A stretch of DNA of 64,000 nucleotides from an uncultured Nitrospinota bacterium. Its GTDB lineage: Bacteria; Tectomicrobia; Entotheonellia; J063; CAVPRW01. The translations under genes were made by a program, and so were the position numbers. Shown piece by piece: positions 7,662 through 18,579 of the stretch; the stretch's first letter is position 1; each line of letters opens with the position of its first letter. Where the stretch lies: assembly GCA_963707985.1 (NCBI GenBank), contig CAVPRW010000031.1, forward strand, positions 256,001 through 320,000, given 5' to 3'. The notes beneath the pieces were generated by a model. It worked only from the letters and a program-made list of their open reading frames with translations, did no database searches and was not told the DNA's origin.

Positions 7662-9050
7662 TTAAAGATAGTCCAAGAGCTCTTCCTGTCCGCGGTCGAG
7701 AGCCTCGCCAAAGATCCGCACCAGGTCATCCACCTGGCTTGTGGTGATACAGAGCGGCGGCGCAAACGCCACTGTATCCAGAATGGCGCGGCAGATGAGG
7801 CCGCGTTCGTAGGCTAGTTGCGTCAGCAAAGCCCCTGCCTTACCGATCGGCTCAAAGCGTTCCCTGGAAGCTTTATCGCGCACGAGCTCGATGCCGGCGA
7901 TCAATCCCAGCCCCCGTACATCCCCCACCAGCGGATGATCCAGGAAACCACGCAGCCGCTCCTGGAAATACGCGCCCACCTCAGCCGCCTGATCGATCAA
8001 TCGCTCCTGCTCCAGGATCTCGAGATTCTTTAGCGCTGCCACACAGGCCACCGGATGGCCATTGTAGGTAAACCCGTGTGGGAACGGCGCACCTGGCGGA
8101 GCCTTGTCGACCAGATCGCGGTAAATCTCCTCCGTGATGATACTGGCACCGAGCGGCACATAGCCGCTGCTGATCCCTTTGGCCAGCGACAGCATGTCTG
8201 GTCGAAGGTCCCAATGTTCGAGCGCGAAGCGTTTGCCGGTGCGGCCGAAGCCGGTGATCACTTCGTCGAGAATAAGCAGTACTCCGTACTTACGGCAGAT
8301 CGCCTCGATCATCGGCCAGTATTCCGGCGGTGGCACGATGGCACCCCCCGCACCCATGATCGGCTCACCGATGAAGGCGGCCACGGTGTCAGGCCCCTCT
8401 TCCAGCAGGTGTTCCTCCAGCGCCCTGGCGCACGCCAGCTCACAGGTGGGATATTGTAGTCCGAGCTCGCAACGATAACAATGCGGCGCCGGAATGAAGC
8501 TGAAGCCGGGCACCAGGGGGGCCGCCATGTCCCGCTGACTTTGAATGCCGGTGGCGCTCAGGGCGCCCATCGATACCCCGTGATAGGCCTGATTCCGCGA
8601 GATGATTTTGAAGCGCTCGGGCTGACCGTTGAGCTTGAAATAGTAGCGGGCGATCTTGAAGGCGCTCTCATTGGTCTCCGAGCCGCCGGAGGTATAGAAG
8701 ACGCGGGTCAGATGCGGTGGGGTCATGTCGATGAGCTTTTTGGCCAGTTCAATCGACGGCAGATTCGAGAAGCCGAAAAAGCTCGGTGCAAAGGCAAGCT
8801 TGCCGATCTGCTCGCGCACCGCATCGCCGATCTCCGTACGGCCATGGCCGATGTTGACATTCCAGAGACCCGCCAGGCCATCGATGAACTGTCGCCCCTC
8901 TAAATCTTTGACGTAGATGCCATGCCCCTCGACCAGGATTTTCGGCCCCTCTTCGTGATGAGCCTGCAGCATCGTGGCGGGATGCAGGATGTACGACAGA
9001 TCGTCGCGATACCAGTCGTTCATTGTGGGCTCCATAGTTTGGCTCATCAC
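7662..9050 (-). CDS. Class III PLP-dependent aminotransferase (omega-amino acid/putrescine:pyruvate type)
   Basis: DGLAGLW.VNIGHGR, SGGSE, YHG, EPIMGAGG, DEVITGFGRTG, AKGISSGY.PLG, HGFTY.GHP. Confidence 0.93.
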   Translation of the reverse strand: MMSQTMEPTMNDWYRDDLSYILHPATMLQAHHEEGPKILVEGHGIYVKDLEGRQFIDGLAGLWNVNIGHGRTEIGDAVREQIGKLAFAPSFFGFSNLPSIELAKKLIDMTPPHLTRVFYTSGGSETNESAFKIARYYFKLNGQPERFKIISRNQAYHGVSMGALSATGIQSQRDMAAPLVPGFSFIPAPHCYRCELGLQYPTCELACARALEEHLLEEGPDTVAAFIGEPIMGAGGAIVPPPEYWPMIEAICRKYGVLLILDEVITGFGRTGKRFALEHWDLRPDMLSLAKGISSGYVPLGASIITEEIYRDLVDKAPPGAPFPHGFTYNGHPVACVAALKNLEILEQERLIDQAAEVGAYFQERLRGFLDHPLVGDVRGLGLIAGIELVRDKASRERFEPIGKAGALLTQLAYERGLICRAILDTVAFAPPLCITTSQVDDLVRIFGEALDRGQEELLDYL

Positions 9051-9317
9051 TGTCTCTCCCCGACGAACGGTGGTGTTGTAACACGGATTGGAGGGTGAGG
9101 AGAGGCTGGGCGCTTAATTCCTCTACTCGTCCTCGTATACGCCCTTCTCGGCCCCCTTATGACACGCGAGACAATTGGCCTTCGACTTGACATTGGGGTC
9201 CTGCCACCTCGCGGCTCGCAGCAATTGTGGGTACACCATTTCTCCACGTTGGCCTTGTCAGTCTCGGCTGCCCCTGTTGGCCCTTGGGGAGCGCCCGCCT
9301 CGCTGGCGGCAATCTCC

Positions 9318-11975
9318 TCACGTGGAATTTCCGGCATCGTGTGACCGACCTCCCGGAGGTGTGGTCTCGAGCGGTCGGCGCCAATGCTTCAGCGCCTCAC
9401 ACCAGAGCATGCTGGCGCTGCCGGCCGCGAGGCAGATCGCCAGGTCAAGACTGTGCAAGGTCGAGAATCGGAAGAGGTCACGCAGGGTGGGGAGATACAG
9501 CACCAGTGCGAGCAACGCCAGTGTCCCTCCAGTGACCCACCACAACGCCGTATTAGGCACGCGCATCGTGGCCAGGAGGCCACGAGACCAGGATCGATTG
9601 GTGAAGACGAGGCCGAGGTTGGCCATAATCAGCGTCGTAAAGGTCAGGGCCCGCGCCTCCTCAGCACCCTGCCCACGGGCGAGGGCGATCCCGAAGACCG
9701 CTCCGGTGACCAGCAACACACCCAGCCCTTGCAAGACACTCAGACCGATTATCGCCCGGCCGAACAGGGGCGCCTGCGGATCACGTGGCGGCCGGCGCAT
9801 CACATCAGCCTCCTCGGCCTCGCCCTCGAAGACGATCGAGCACACCGGATCGATGATCAGATGCAGGAAGGCGATGTGCACGGGCATGAGGATCAACGGC
9901 CATTGCCACGCCACCGGCAGCAACGACATGCCGGCGATCGGGACATGAATGGCCAGCAAGTAGGCCATGGCTTTACGCAGGTTATCGAACACTCGGCGCC
10001 CCAACCGCACCGTCGCCACCAGCGATGAAAAATCGTCGTCCAGGAGCACCAGATCGGCGGCCTCGCGCGCCACGTCGGTGCCTCGCCCTCCCATGGCCAC
10101 GCCGATGTGTGCAGCTTTTAATGCCGGGGCATCGTTGACCCCATCGCCGGTCATGGCCACCACGTCGCCGCCACGCTTCAGGGCGTTCACGATACGAAGC
10201 TTGTGCGTAGGGACAACCCGGGCACAGATGCGGATGTCCCTCAGGCGGCGCTGCAGGGTCGGCTCATCCATGCGCTCCAGATCGGCACCGGTGAGCACGT
10301 TCTCCAGCCCCTCCTGACGCGGCACCAGGCCCACCTGGCGGGCGATGCTCTGGGCTGTGCCGGGGTAGTCCCCCGTGATCATCAGCACCCGAATGCCGGC
10401 AGCATAACAGTCCTGCAAGGCGGCTGGCACTGTCGGACGTACCGGGTCGGCCAAGCCGATGAGCCCCACGAATGCGAAGGGGAAGTCGTGCTGCTCGCCA
10501 GGCAATATGGGTTCCGTGAAGGCGGCTTTGGCAACCCCGAGCACGCGCAATCCCTCCCCCGCCATCGCGCGCACGTCGTGGATAACAGCCTTACGTTCAG
10601 CCGCTCCGAGGTGGCAGAGATCCACGATCGCTTCCGGCGCGCCCTTAGCGGCAATGACGTAGTCAGGCCCAGCAGGCGAGCGCCACACGAGCGACATGGC
10701 TAGCAGCTGCGGTGAGAGGGGGTATTCGCGGACGACCGTCCAATCGCGGTGCAGGTGCTCCGTCTGGGCCAGGGCATCCTCCCCCCAGTGCGTGACCGCC
10801 TGCTCCATTGGGTCGAAGGGATCGCGCTGGCTGGCCAGGAGGCTGAACTCGACGAGCTCGTGGAATGGCTCCGGCAGCGGTCCCATGCGCGGACTCTCCA
10901 CTGTGTATAACGCGTCCGCGGCTCGCAGCTGGCGGACCGCCATGCGATTGAGCGTGAGAGTGCCAGTCTTGTCGACGCACAACACGGTGGTCGCCCCCAG
11001 AGCCTCCACAGCAGGCATGCGGCGGGTGAGCACGTGCTGATGAGCGATACGCCAGGCGCCGAGGGCCAGAAAAATGACCAGCACGACAGGGAATTCATTT
11101 GGCAGGATGGCCATGGCCAACGCCACACCAGCTAAGATGCCGTCAAGCCAGTGGCCGCGCGTCAGCCCATAGCCAAGCACCACCGCGACGCACAGTCCCC
11201 CCCCGACCAGAGCCAGTCGGCGCACCAATTGGGCCATGTCCCGCTGCAATGGCGTTTCTTCCGGCTCGACGGTTTGCAAGGCCTTGCCAATGGCACCCAC
11301 GGCCGTATGGATGCCGATGGCTTGCACCTGAGCAACACCCTGCCCCTGGACAACTAACGTGCCAGCATACACAAATGGCAAATCATCGCCGCCCGGCGGG
11401 CTCAGCATCCGATGACCGTCCCAGACCCCCTTGCGGACCGGTATGGACTCACCGGTCAAGATGGATTCGTCGACCGACAGATGCGTGCGTGCCAGCAACA
11501 CACCATCGGCGGGGACGCGATCGCCCTCCTTCAGGACCACGATATCCCCATCGACGACTTCTCTGCCGGCGATCCGCCGCTGTCGGCCCTCGCGGATAAT
11601 CAGGGCGCGTGGGCTGGAAAGATCCCGTAGCGCTTCGAGCGCACGTTCGGTTTTGCGTTCCTGATACCAGGTAATGCCCATCAAGAGGACGACAAACCCC
11701 AGGAGGATCAAGGCTTCTTGGACATCGCCTAAGATAAGATAAAGCGCCCCGCCCGCCACGAGCAGGATGAAGATGGGGTCGCGGAGGATCTCAGCGACGA
11801 TGGCTAGGCTAGAGCGGGCGCGCGCCGTGGGCAGCTCGTTATACCCCTGGGCGCGCAGTTTGTCGCGCGCTTCTGCCTCGGAAAGCCCGGTGAACATGTC
11901 ATGAGCCGATGGGTATGCGACCACGAGTTTTTCCCCTCCCCCATCGGCCACAGTAGAGCTGATGGGGAGATACAC
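9318..11975 (-). CDS. Cation-translocating P-type ATPase (type II-like); start uncertain
   Basis: TGES, DKTGT, KGAPE, MITGD, TGDGVNDAPALK motifs; M4 motif reads PNEFP. Confidence 0.92.
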   Translation of the reverse strand: MYLPISSTVADGGGEKLVVAYPSAHDMFTGLSEAEARDKLRAQGYNELPTARARSSLAIVAEILRDPIFILLVAGGALYLILGDVQEALILLGFVVLLMGITWYQERKTERALEALRDLSSPRALIIREGRQRRIAGREVVDGDIVVLKEGDRVPADGVLLARTHLSVDESILTGESIPVRKGVWDGHRMLSPPGGDDLPFVYAGTLVVQGQGVAQVQAIGIHTAVGAIGKALQTVEPEETPLQRDMAQLVRRLALVGGGLCVAVVLGYGLTRGHWLDGILAGVALAMAILPNEFPVVLVIFLALGAWRIAHQHVLTRRMPAVEALGATTVLCVDKTGTLTLNRMAVRQLRAADALYTVESPRMGPLPEPFHELVEFSLLASQRDPFDPMEQAVTHWGEDALAQTEHLHRDWTVVREYPLSPQLLAMSLVWRSPAGPDYVIAAKGAPEAIVDLCHLGAAERKAVIHDVRAMAGEGLRVLGVAKAAFTEPILPGEQHDFPFAFVGLIGLADPVRPTVPAALQDCYAAGIRVLMITGDYPGTAQSIARQVGLVPRQEGLENVLTGADLERMDEPTLQRRLRDIRICARVVPTHKLRIVNALKRGGDVVAMTGDGVNDAPALKAAHIGVAMGGRGTDVAREAADLVLLDDDFSSLVATVRLGRRVFDNLRKAMAYLLAIHVPIAGMSLLPVAWQWPLILMPVHIAFLHLIIDPVCSIVFEGEAEEADVMRRPPRDPQAPLFGRAIIGLSVLQGLGVLLVTGAVFGIALARGQGAEEARALTFTTLIMANLGLVFTNRSWSRGLLATMRVPNTALWWVTGGTLALLALVLYLPTLRDLFRFSTLHSLDLAICLAAGSASMLWCEALKHWRRPLETTPPGGRSHDAGNST

Positions 11976-12014
11976 GGCAAGAGACCAACATCCCCGGGCC
12001 CAGCATACAGCTTC

Positions 12015-12554
12015 TTAGGTTTCTCTGCCAGGCTTCATGCCCTGCTCGGCAGGCTCACGCTGTGCCGATGGTTCCGCATGCGAGGTATGCAACGCTGTCG
12101 GTCGAATGGTCAGCACAGCACAAGGGGCCAGGCGCACCACGCGTTCGGTCACACTCCCCATGATGAGATGGCTGACGCCGCTGCGGCCATGGGTCGCCAT
12201 GACGATCACGTCCACCTGCTCCGCCGCCGCCACCTCGATGATGGCTCGAGACGCGCTGCCGATCACCACCCGGCGCATGATCTCGACCGGTGCATCACGG
12301 CTCTCTGACAGCACCTCTGCCAGGTCCATCCGGGCCTGGCGCTCCCATTCTCCCAGGAGGACAGCCGCCATTCCGGGTGGCATGAAGCCACCGGTGGGAT
12401 AGAGTGGCACTTCGATGACATGGAGTAAGATCAGCTTCGCTCCAAATGCCTGGGCGAGCTCGAAGGCATAATCCACAGCCTGTTTGGCGGGTTGCGAGAA
12501 ATCAGTGGGCGCCAAGATCTGACGCATCTGCATCGGTATGTTCTCCTCGGCCAT
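12015..12554 (-). CDS. Universal stress protein (Usp)
   Basis: ILAPTDFS...A...A, DVIVMATHGRSGVSHLIMGSVTERVVRLAPCAVLTI. Confidence 0.93.
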   Translation of the reverse strand: MAEENIPMQMRQILAPTDFSQPAKQAVDYAFELAQAFGAKLILLHVIEVPLYPTGGFMPPGMAAVLLGEWERQARMDLAEVLSESRDAPVEIMRRVVIGSASRAIIEVAAAEQVDVIVMATHGRSGVSHLIMGSVTERVVRLAPCAVLTIRPTALHTSHAEPSAQREPAEQGMKPGRET

Positions 12555-12918
12555 CGGTGTATCGGTATCACCGCAGGGCTGAGCTCCTCTTGCTCACAGC
12601 CCTTACTACTGATCCTCAGCGAGCCCGCTCTGATAAAGCAGGTTCTACTTTCTCATATACGTATCTCGATGCATATATTTCCATAGGTGTGAGCTCTTTG
12701 CCGCCCGCCGTGACCCGCCCTGTTACCCTCATGTGATCGTATGGATGGATCTGGCGACAGGAGCGCGTACGTCGCTTCTAAGATGGGGCAGCGCATCATC
12801 TGACATCCTGAGTTTGTCACCGAAGGATTGTGCGCGTATAATTGGCCCCCGCTGTTCACTGCCGCATGTACTGCGGCAATGACCATGGAGCCCTGGAGAG
12901 CAGCGCAGCGAGGGGACT

Positions 12919-13785
12919 ATGTGGTTTGGGTTGGCACTCCTATCGGCCTTGTTCCAGGTGTTGCGTAATATGTCGATGAAGCACCTGGGGCAGACCCTGG
13001 ACGATACGATCAATGTGTGGGGCCGCTTTACGTTTCTCCTCCCTTTTGTCGCCGGCTTCGTCCTGTGGCATGGGATTCCACCGTTGCTCCCAGGGTTTTG
13101 GTTCTATGTCGTGCTCTTCGGCGTGGCCCAAACCGCCGCCACGCTCAGCCTGGCCAAGGCGCTACGCTTGTCCGACATCTCGATTGTCACGGCTTTGTGG
13201 AAGGTCAGCTTGCTGTTTCTGGTCGTCTTTGCCTTCCTCAGTCTCGGGGAAACACCTTCACCCCTGGGCTTGGTTGGCATCCTGGTCAGCTTAGCCGGTG
13301 TTTATCTCTTGAACATCCAGAAGAGTCGCCTCTCCCTGTGGGCACCCCTGCGGGAGCTGTTGATCGATCGAGGCCTGCGGTATACGCTGCTGGCAGCCGT
13401 ATTGTATGCCCCCGCGGTCGTCGTCATCAAGCAAGTCATCATCCGCTCCGATGCCTATTTTGCCAACCTCATGGCCTATTCGGCCGCCTCGCTGGTCATC
13501 CTTCCATTGGCGCTCAGGCGCTCAGCCCACCATTTTGCGCAGATCCCACGCCATTGGCCATCATTTGTCGGCATGGGGCTGTTCGCCTGCCTGGCAAGCG
13601 TGTGTCACAGCCTGGCCTACCAGATGACGCTGACGTCGTACGTCGAGGCCGCCAAGCAGGCCGAAGTCCTCTTCGCCCTGGGCATCGGCTATGTGGTGTT
13701 CCAGGAACGGGCGCGGGTGCGGGCTATTCTGCCGGGCAGCCTGGTGATTCTCCTCGGCATGGTCCTATTGCACCTGAGTGGCTGA
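12919..13785 (+). CDS. EamA/DMT family transporter
   Basis: About 10 hydrophobic segments in two repeats; FLSLGE.P....LVGI and VFQE patterns. Confidence 0.85.
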   Translation: MWFGLALLSALFQVLRNMSMKHLGQTLDDTINVWGRFTFLLPFVAGFVLWHGIPPLLPGFWFYVVLFGVAQTAATLSLAKALRLSDISIVTALWKVSLLFLVVFAFLSLGETPSPLGLVGILVSLAGVYLLNIQKSRLSLWAPLRELLIDRGLRYTLLAAVLYAPAVVVIKQVIIRSDAYFANLMAYSAASLVILPLALRRSAHHFAQIPRHWPSFVGMGLFACLASVCHSLAYQMTLTSYVEAAKQAEVLFALGIGYVVFQERARVRAILPGSLVILLGMVLLHLSG

Positions 13786-13839
13786 GCCGACGCGTCAGCC
13801 CGGCGCTGGCAGACTGGCTGCGGCCGTGGATGCAAACAT

Positions 13840-14268
13840 TTACGGCTGCGTCGCTGGGGTGTCCTGATAAATCATCCACTCCAGTAAGTTGTCGTCGGGG
13901 TCACGGGCATAGAAGCTCAACGACGGCGCGGTGCCACGACCTCGCCCACCCGCGCGTGGCACCGGCCCACGAATGATGGTTACCCCCGCCTCCTGCAGCA
14001 TCTTCTGGCATTCCTCCACCGTGCCCTCGAACACAAAGCAGATGTCGGTGCACCCCGGTACGGCCGTTGGGCCACGGAGGCTCGCCGTATAGCCTTCCGG
14101 GTGCACATTAATCTTGGATTCTCCCACTTGGATCGAAAATGTCGCCACTTTCCCCGCGCGCCATGCTTCCTCGTTGTTGATGGGAAATCCGAGGCGCTTG
14201 TAAAACGCCAGGAGGCGCTCGGCATTGGCTGTGGGCATGGCAATGTGATCGATACTGATGGTTGGCAT
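13840..14268 (-). CDS. VOC/glyoxalase family protein
   Basis: IDHIA......ERL.AFYKRLG, P.A.PG.TD.CF, GPVPR.GG, S.Y.RDPDDNLLE. Confidence 0.9.
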   Translation of the reverse strand: MPTISIDHIAMPTANAERLLAFYKRLGFPINNEEAWRAGKVATFSIQVGESKINVHPEGYTASLRGPTAVPGCTDICFVFEGTVEECQKMLQEAGVTIIRGPVPRAGGRGRGTAPSLSFYARDPDDNLLEWMIYQDTPATQP

Positions 14269-14529
14269 CTGGTCCCCCTCTCGTCATCTTCTCGATGTTT
14301 GCATGTCTGATGGCATCTCACGTGTCTCAAACCAGGCCTAGCATAGCATACCCACGGTCGTAAGAGGGCAGCCGAATGACACCTGCCCCTCGATACGGAC
14401 GATAAGGCTGTGCTTGACCCTGCCGCGACAGTGCTCTAGACTCAGGATAACTCGTCTGCATGTCTCCGTGTGCAGAACCGCTTTGATCATGTGGATAATC
14501 TCAGGCACCAGCCGCACAAGGAGAATCCC

Positions 14530-15642
14530 ATGCACGTCGGTTTTGGACCGCTGTTTCAGAATCCCGGCAATCGTCTCTCCGACGCCGAGGTGTACCGCCA
14601 GGAACTGCGACTGGCCGAGATGGCCGAGCCCCTGGGATTTGAGTCCATCTGGTCGGTGGAGCACCACTTCACCGACTACACCATGTGTCCGGATGTGCTC
14701 CAGTTCCTCTCCTACATGGCGGCGAAGACCACGCGTGCCAGGCTCGGGTCCATGGTGGTGGTGCTGCCCTGGCACGACCCGGTGCGCGTCACCGAACAGA
14801 TTGCGTTGCTCGATCATCTCTCCGGCGGCCGGACGATCTTGGGGCTCGGCCGTGGCCTCGCCCGCGTTGAGTACGAGGGCTTGCGCATCGATCAGAACGA
14901 GGGGCGCCAGCGCTTCCTCGAACACGCCGAACTGGTGTTGACAGCGCTTGAGCGCGGTTATATCGAGGGGGGAAAGACGCTCAAACAGCCGCGTCGGGAC
15001 ATCCGCCCGCAGCCACTACGGTCGTTCCGCGGACGTACCTATGCGGCTGCCGTCTCCCCGGAATCGATGCCGATCATGGCGCAGCTCGGCGTCGGCCTGT
15101 TGATCATTCCCCAAAAACCCTGGGATGTCGTCGAGAAGGATTTCGCCACTTACCACCAGGCGTACCAGGAGGTGAATGGAACAGAGCCGCCACCGCCGTT
15201 CTGTGCCAGCTTCTGCTTCGTCGATGAGCACGCCGACCGCGCTGAGGAGATGGCCTACAAGTACATCGGTGGCTATTATCACACGGCCATGCAGCACTAC
15301 GAGATGACCGCCGACCACTTCGGTACGCACCAGGGCTATGAATTTTATCGCAAAGTGGGCCACTACATCGGGCGTCATGGCCAGGATGGCGCCGCTCGGG
15401 ACTTCGCTCGACTGATGCCCTGGGGCACTCCTAACCAGGTGATCGATAAGCTGGCCACAATTCGTAACATGATCGGCATGAATGGCCTGATCTGCCATTT
15501 CAGCTATGCTGGGATGCCCTATGAGGAGGCCGAGCGTAACATGCGATGTTTTGTCTCCCATGTCCTCCCCGAGCTGAAGAGGTGGGACACGCCGCCGCTG
15601 TGCGAGCCGGCACCGCTGGCCGCATCGGTCGCCGGCAGCTAA
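14530..15642 (+). CDS. LLM-class (luciferase-like) flavin-dependent oxidoreductase
   Basis: AEPLGFESIWSVEHHF, LGSMVVVLPWHDPVRVTEQ..LLDHLSGGR.ILGLGRG; AAGGAG RBS. Confidence 0.92.
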   Translation: MHVGFGPLFQNPGNRLSDAEVYRQELRLAEMAEPLGFESIWSVEHHFTDYTMCPDVLQFLSYMAAKTTRARLGSMVVVLPWHDPVRVTEQIALLDHLSGGRTILGLGRGLARVEYEGLRIDQNEGRQRFLEHAELVLTALERGYIEGGKTLKQPRRDIRPQPLRSFRGRTYAAAVSPESMPIMAQLGVGLLIIPQKPWDVVEKDFATYHQAYQEVNGTEPPPPFCASFCFVDEHADRAEEMAYKYIGGYYHTAMQHYEMTADHFGTHQGYEFYRKVGHYIGRHGQDGAARDFARLMPWGTPNQVIDKLATIRNMIGMNGLICHFSYAGMPYEEAERNMRCFVSHVLPELKRWDTPPLCEPAPLAASVAGS

Positions 15643-15761
15643 CCAGTGGTCAGAGGGTGCTTAAGAAGCTCCAGATATGTCCTCTTCCCTCCTTTATGAA
15701 CGGGGGGGTAAAGGCTCTAAGGCCACGCTATTAGAGTAGGGGTATGTGGTAGGAGGCTGCT

Positions 15762-17082
15762 ATGGCCATATCTTGGCGATCCTATATCCGGCCCATCGTG
15801 ATCCGTGCGACGCTGGCGTGGGAGTGGTGGCACAGCGGCGTAACGTATTACCCGCTGGCGCCGCGGGTCTACCGGAACCCCTATCCCACCTATGCGAAAC
15901 TGCGTGCGCAAGATCCCGTCCATTGGAACTTCTTGAGCCATTCGTGGGTTTTCTCGCGCTATCGCGACATCGATGCGATCTTACGTGATCACAGTCGCTT
16001 CTCGAACGATGCGCGCTACCGCCAAGAGGTCAGCCAGGCCCAAGCTGCAGCGTCCATCCCCGGTGGCCCGAGCATGCTATTTCTCGATCCACCCGATCAC
16101 ACACGCTTGCGCGCCCTCGTACAGCAGGCCTTCACCCCACGCGCCATCGAGGCGCTGACACCACGTATACGCCAGATCGCCACAAACCTGCTGGACCGGA
16201 TTGCCGACCCGACCTCGTTCGAGGTCATGGAGACGCTCGCCCGGCCGCTGCCGATGATCGTCATGGCCGAATTGCTCGGGGTGCCGACACAGGATCTCGC
16301 CCAGTTTCAGGCCTGGTCACATCTGCGCGCCCGTGTCATCGAGCCCACGATCACGGCACGTGAACGGCAGCTGGCGGCTCAGGCCGCCTACGAGCTGGAC
16401 GCGTATTTCCTGAGTCTCATCGAACAACGGCGGGCGGAGCCGCAGGACGATCTGATCAGCGCCTTGGTGGCCGCCGAGGCTGCAGGCGATCAACTGAGCC
16501 ATGACGAGTTGCTGGTCATGCTGCGGCTGCTCCTGGTGGCTGGGAATGAAACCACGACCAATCTGATCGGCAATGGTCTGTTGGCACTGTTACGTCATCC
16601 CGAGCAGTTGCACCTGCTGCGCTCGGACCCCAGCCTCATCGCTGGCGCTGTCGACGAGCTGCTACGTTATGACTCCCCAGTGCAGGTGGTGGGCCGCACG
16701 GCGACGCAAGATCTGGAGATCGGGGGTCGCGCCATTCGCAAAGGCCAGGGCATCGTGCTGCTGCTCGGTTCGGCCAATCGTGATCCGGACGTGTTCGATC
16801 AGCCGGATCGACTCGATGTGCAGCGGCATGGGCCCAGCATCCTCGGCTTTGGCCGTGGCATCCACCACTGCCTGGGTGCACCGCTGGCCCGTCTCGAGGC
16901 CAGAATCACGTTCGAGACGCTGCTGGAGCGGTTCGCGGAGATGCGTCTCACTCACAGCCGATCCCCCCTTCAAAGACAATATTGTGCTCCGAGGGCTTGA
17001 GGTGCTCCCCGTTGGCGCCTCCGTGCCGCTCGCCGCACGTCAGACAACGCTGGTGCCGGAGGGGAAAGGGCTGATCTCGTGA
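15762..17082 (+). CDS. Cytochrome P450 (+1 frameshift near 16950 affecting only the C-terminus)
   Basis: DPPDHTRLR, AGNETT, ELLRYDSP, FGRGIHHCLG heme Cys; the conserved end NIVLRGLEVLPV is in the next frame. Confidence 0.92.
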
Positions 17083-17122
17083 TGCCCCGGTGTCTCCCAG
17101 ACCACAGGAAGGAGGTTGACAC

Positions 17123-18559
17123 ATGTCGCAATCAGATATGGCGCTGATGGCCCATCTCTTGCGTCGCGCTGGCTTTGGAGCGAGACGCGATGAACTGGAA
17201 CGCTATGTGGCCCAGGGGTATGAAGCCACGGTGGAAGAGTTGCTTCACCCTGAGCAGGCCTCGGCAGCCCTTGATGATGAAGACTTGATCAGGCGCTATC
17301 ACGTCGATGAGAACAGCCTGATGCTGATCGATAGCTGCCAGACCTACTGGTTATACCGTATGATCAACACCAGGCGCCCGCTGGAGGAGAAAATGTCCCT
17401 CTTCTGGCACGGCGTGTTCGCCACAGGCTATACGAAACTGAATCATCCCAAACAGATTCTTGGCCAGATCGCTATGTTCCGCCGTCACGGGCTGGGCAGC
17501 TTCCATAGGATATTGGTCGAAGTGTCGAAAGACCCGGCGATGATTTTTTGGTTGGATAACAAGGATAGCCACAAGGAGGCCATCAACGAGAATTACGGTC
17601 GGGAATTGCTGGAGCTCTTCTCGATGGGGGTCGGCAACTACACCGAGACCGACGTCCGTCAGTGTGCCCGCGCCTTCACCGGCTGGACGATCCGCGATGC
17701 CTCGCTGCACACGGCTCGGGTGGCACGCGATTCCGTCTGGCCCTATGGGCGATTAGACTGGCAGTTCGAATACCGGCCTGATGACCACGACGCCTCGGAA
17801 AAAACCTTCTTGGGCCATGCTGGCCCCTTTGACGGCGTGGAGATCATCGACATCATCTGCCGACAGCCAGCGACAGCCAGGTTCATCGCTCGGCATCTCT
17901 ATAACTTCTTCGTCGCTGATGAACCGCAGGTGCCAGCGTGGCAGAGCGTCCCTCCGCATGACCCCGAGGCCATCCAGACCCTGATGGACGCCTTCATCAC
18001 CCATGAATACGATATCCGCGCCGTGATGCGGGTGCTCTTCAACGCCGACTTTTTCAAGCGGGCCCAGTTTGCCAAAGTCAAAAGCCCGGCGGACCTGGTC
18101 GTGGGCACCGCGCGTCTGGCCGGTGGGCATCGCTTTCCTGACGTCGATGACATCACGCTGGCGTTGGAGACCGGCTATATGGGGCAACAATTGCTGGACC
18201 CACCGAGTGTCGAGGGTTGGCACACCGGGTCGGAATGGATCAATAGTGCCACGCTGATGAGTCGCGTCAACTTTGCCTCGCGGCAATTGGCCGATGTCGA
18301 CAAGCCAGGGGTATGGTCGATCATCGATCGCGTGCGAGCGCATGGGACCAGGCTTGCGCCAGAAACTGTCGTGGACATTTGCCTCGATGTGATGGGTCCG
18401 CTCAGCGTCGACGCGAAAACTCGGCAGCAACTGGTCGATCACCTGGCAGTGGGGGGCGACATCGATTTTGACACGAATGGTGACTCGGCCAGCGCCGCGG
18501 AGCGGATTCGCGAACTGTTGCAACTGATCGTCGCCACGCGAGAATACCAGCTCGCTTGA
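17123..18559 (+). CDS. DUF1800 family protein
   Basis: AHLLRRAGFGA, LEEKM.LFWH..FAT, DPAMIFWLDN, NENYGRELLELFSMG, ARAFTGW, PPSVEGW. Confidence 0.9.
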   Translation: MSQSDMALMAHLLRRAGFGARRDELERYVAQGYEATVEELLHPEQASAALDDEDLIRRYHVDENSLMLIDSCQTYWLYRMINTRRPLEEKMSLFWHGVFATGYTKLNHPKQILGQIAMFRRHGLGSFHRILVEVSKDPAMIFWLDNKDSHKEAINENYGRELLELFSMGVGNYTETDVRQCARAFTGWTIRDASLHTARVARDSVWPYGRLDWQFEYRPDDHDASEKTFLGHAGPFDGVEIIDIICRQPATARFIARHLYNFFVADEPQVPAWQSVPPHDPEAIQTLMDAFITHEYDIRAVMRVLFNADFFKRAQFAKVKSPADLVVGTARLAGGHRFPDVDDITLALETGYMGQQLLDPPSVEGWHTGSEWINSATLMSRVNFASRQLADVDKPGVWSIIDRVRAHGTRLAPETVVDICLDVMGPLSVDAKTRQQLVDHLAVGGDIDFDTNGDSASAAERIRELLQLIVATREYQLA

Positions 18560-18579
18560 CGTGCCTGGGGGACGCAAGC

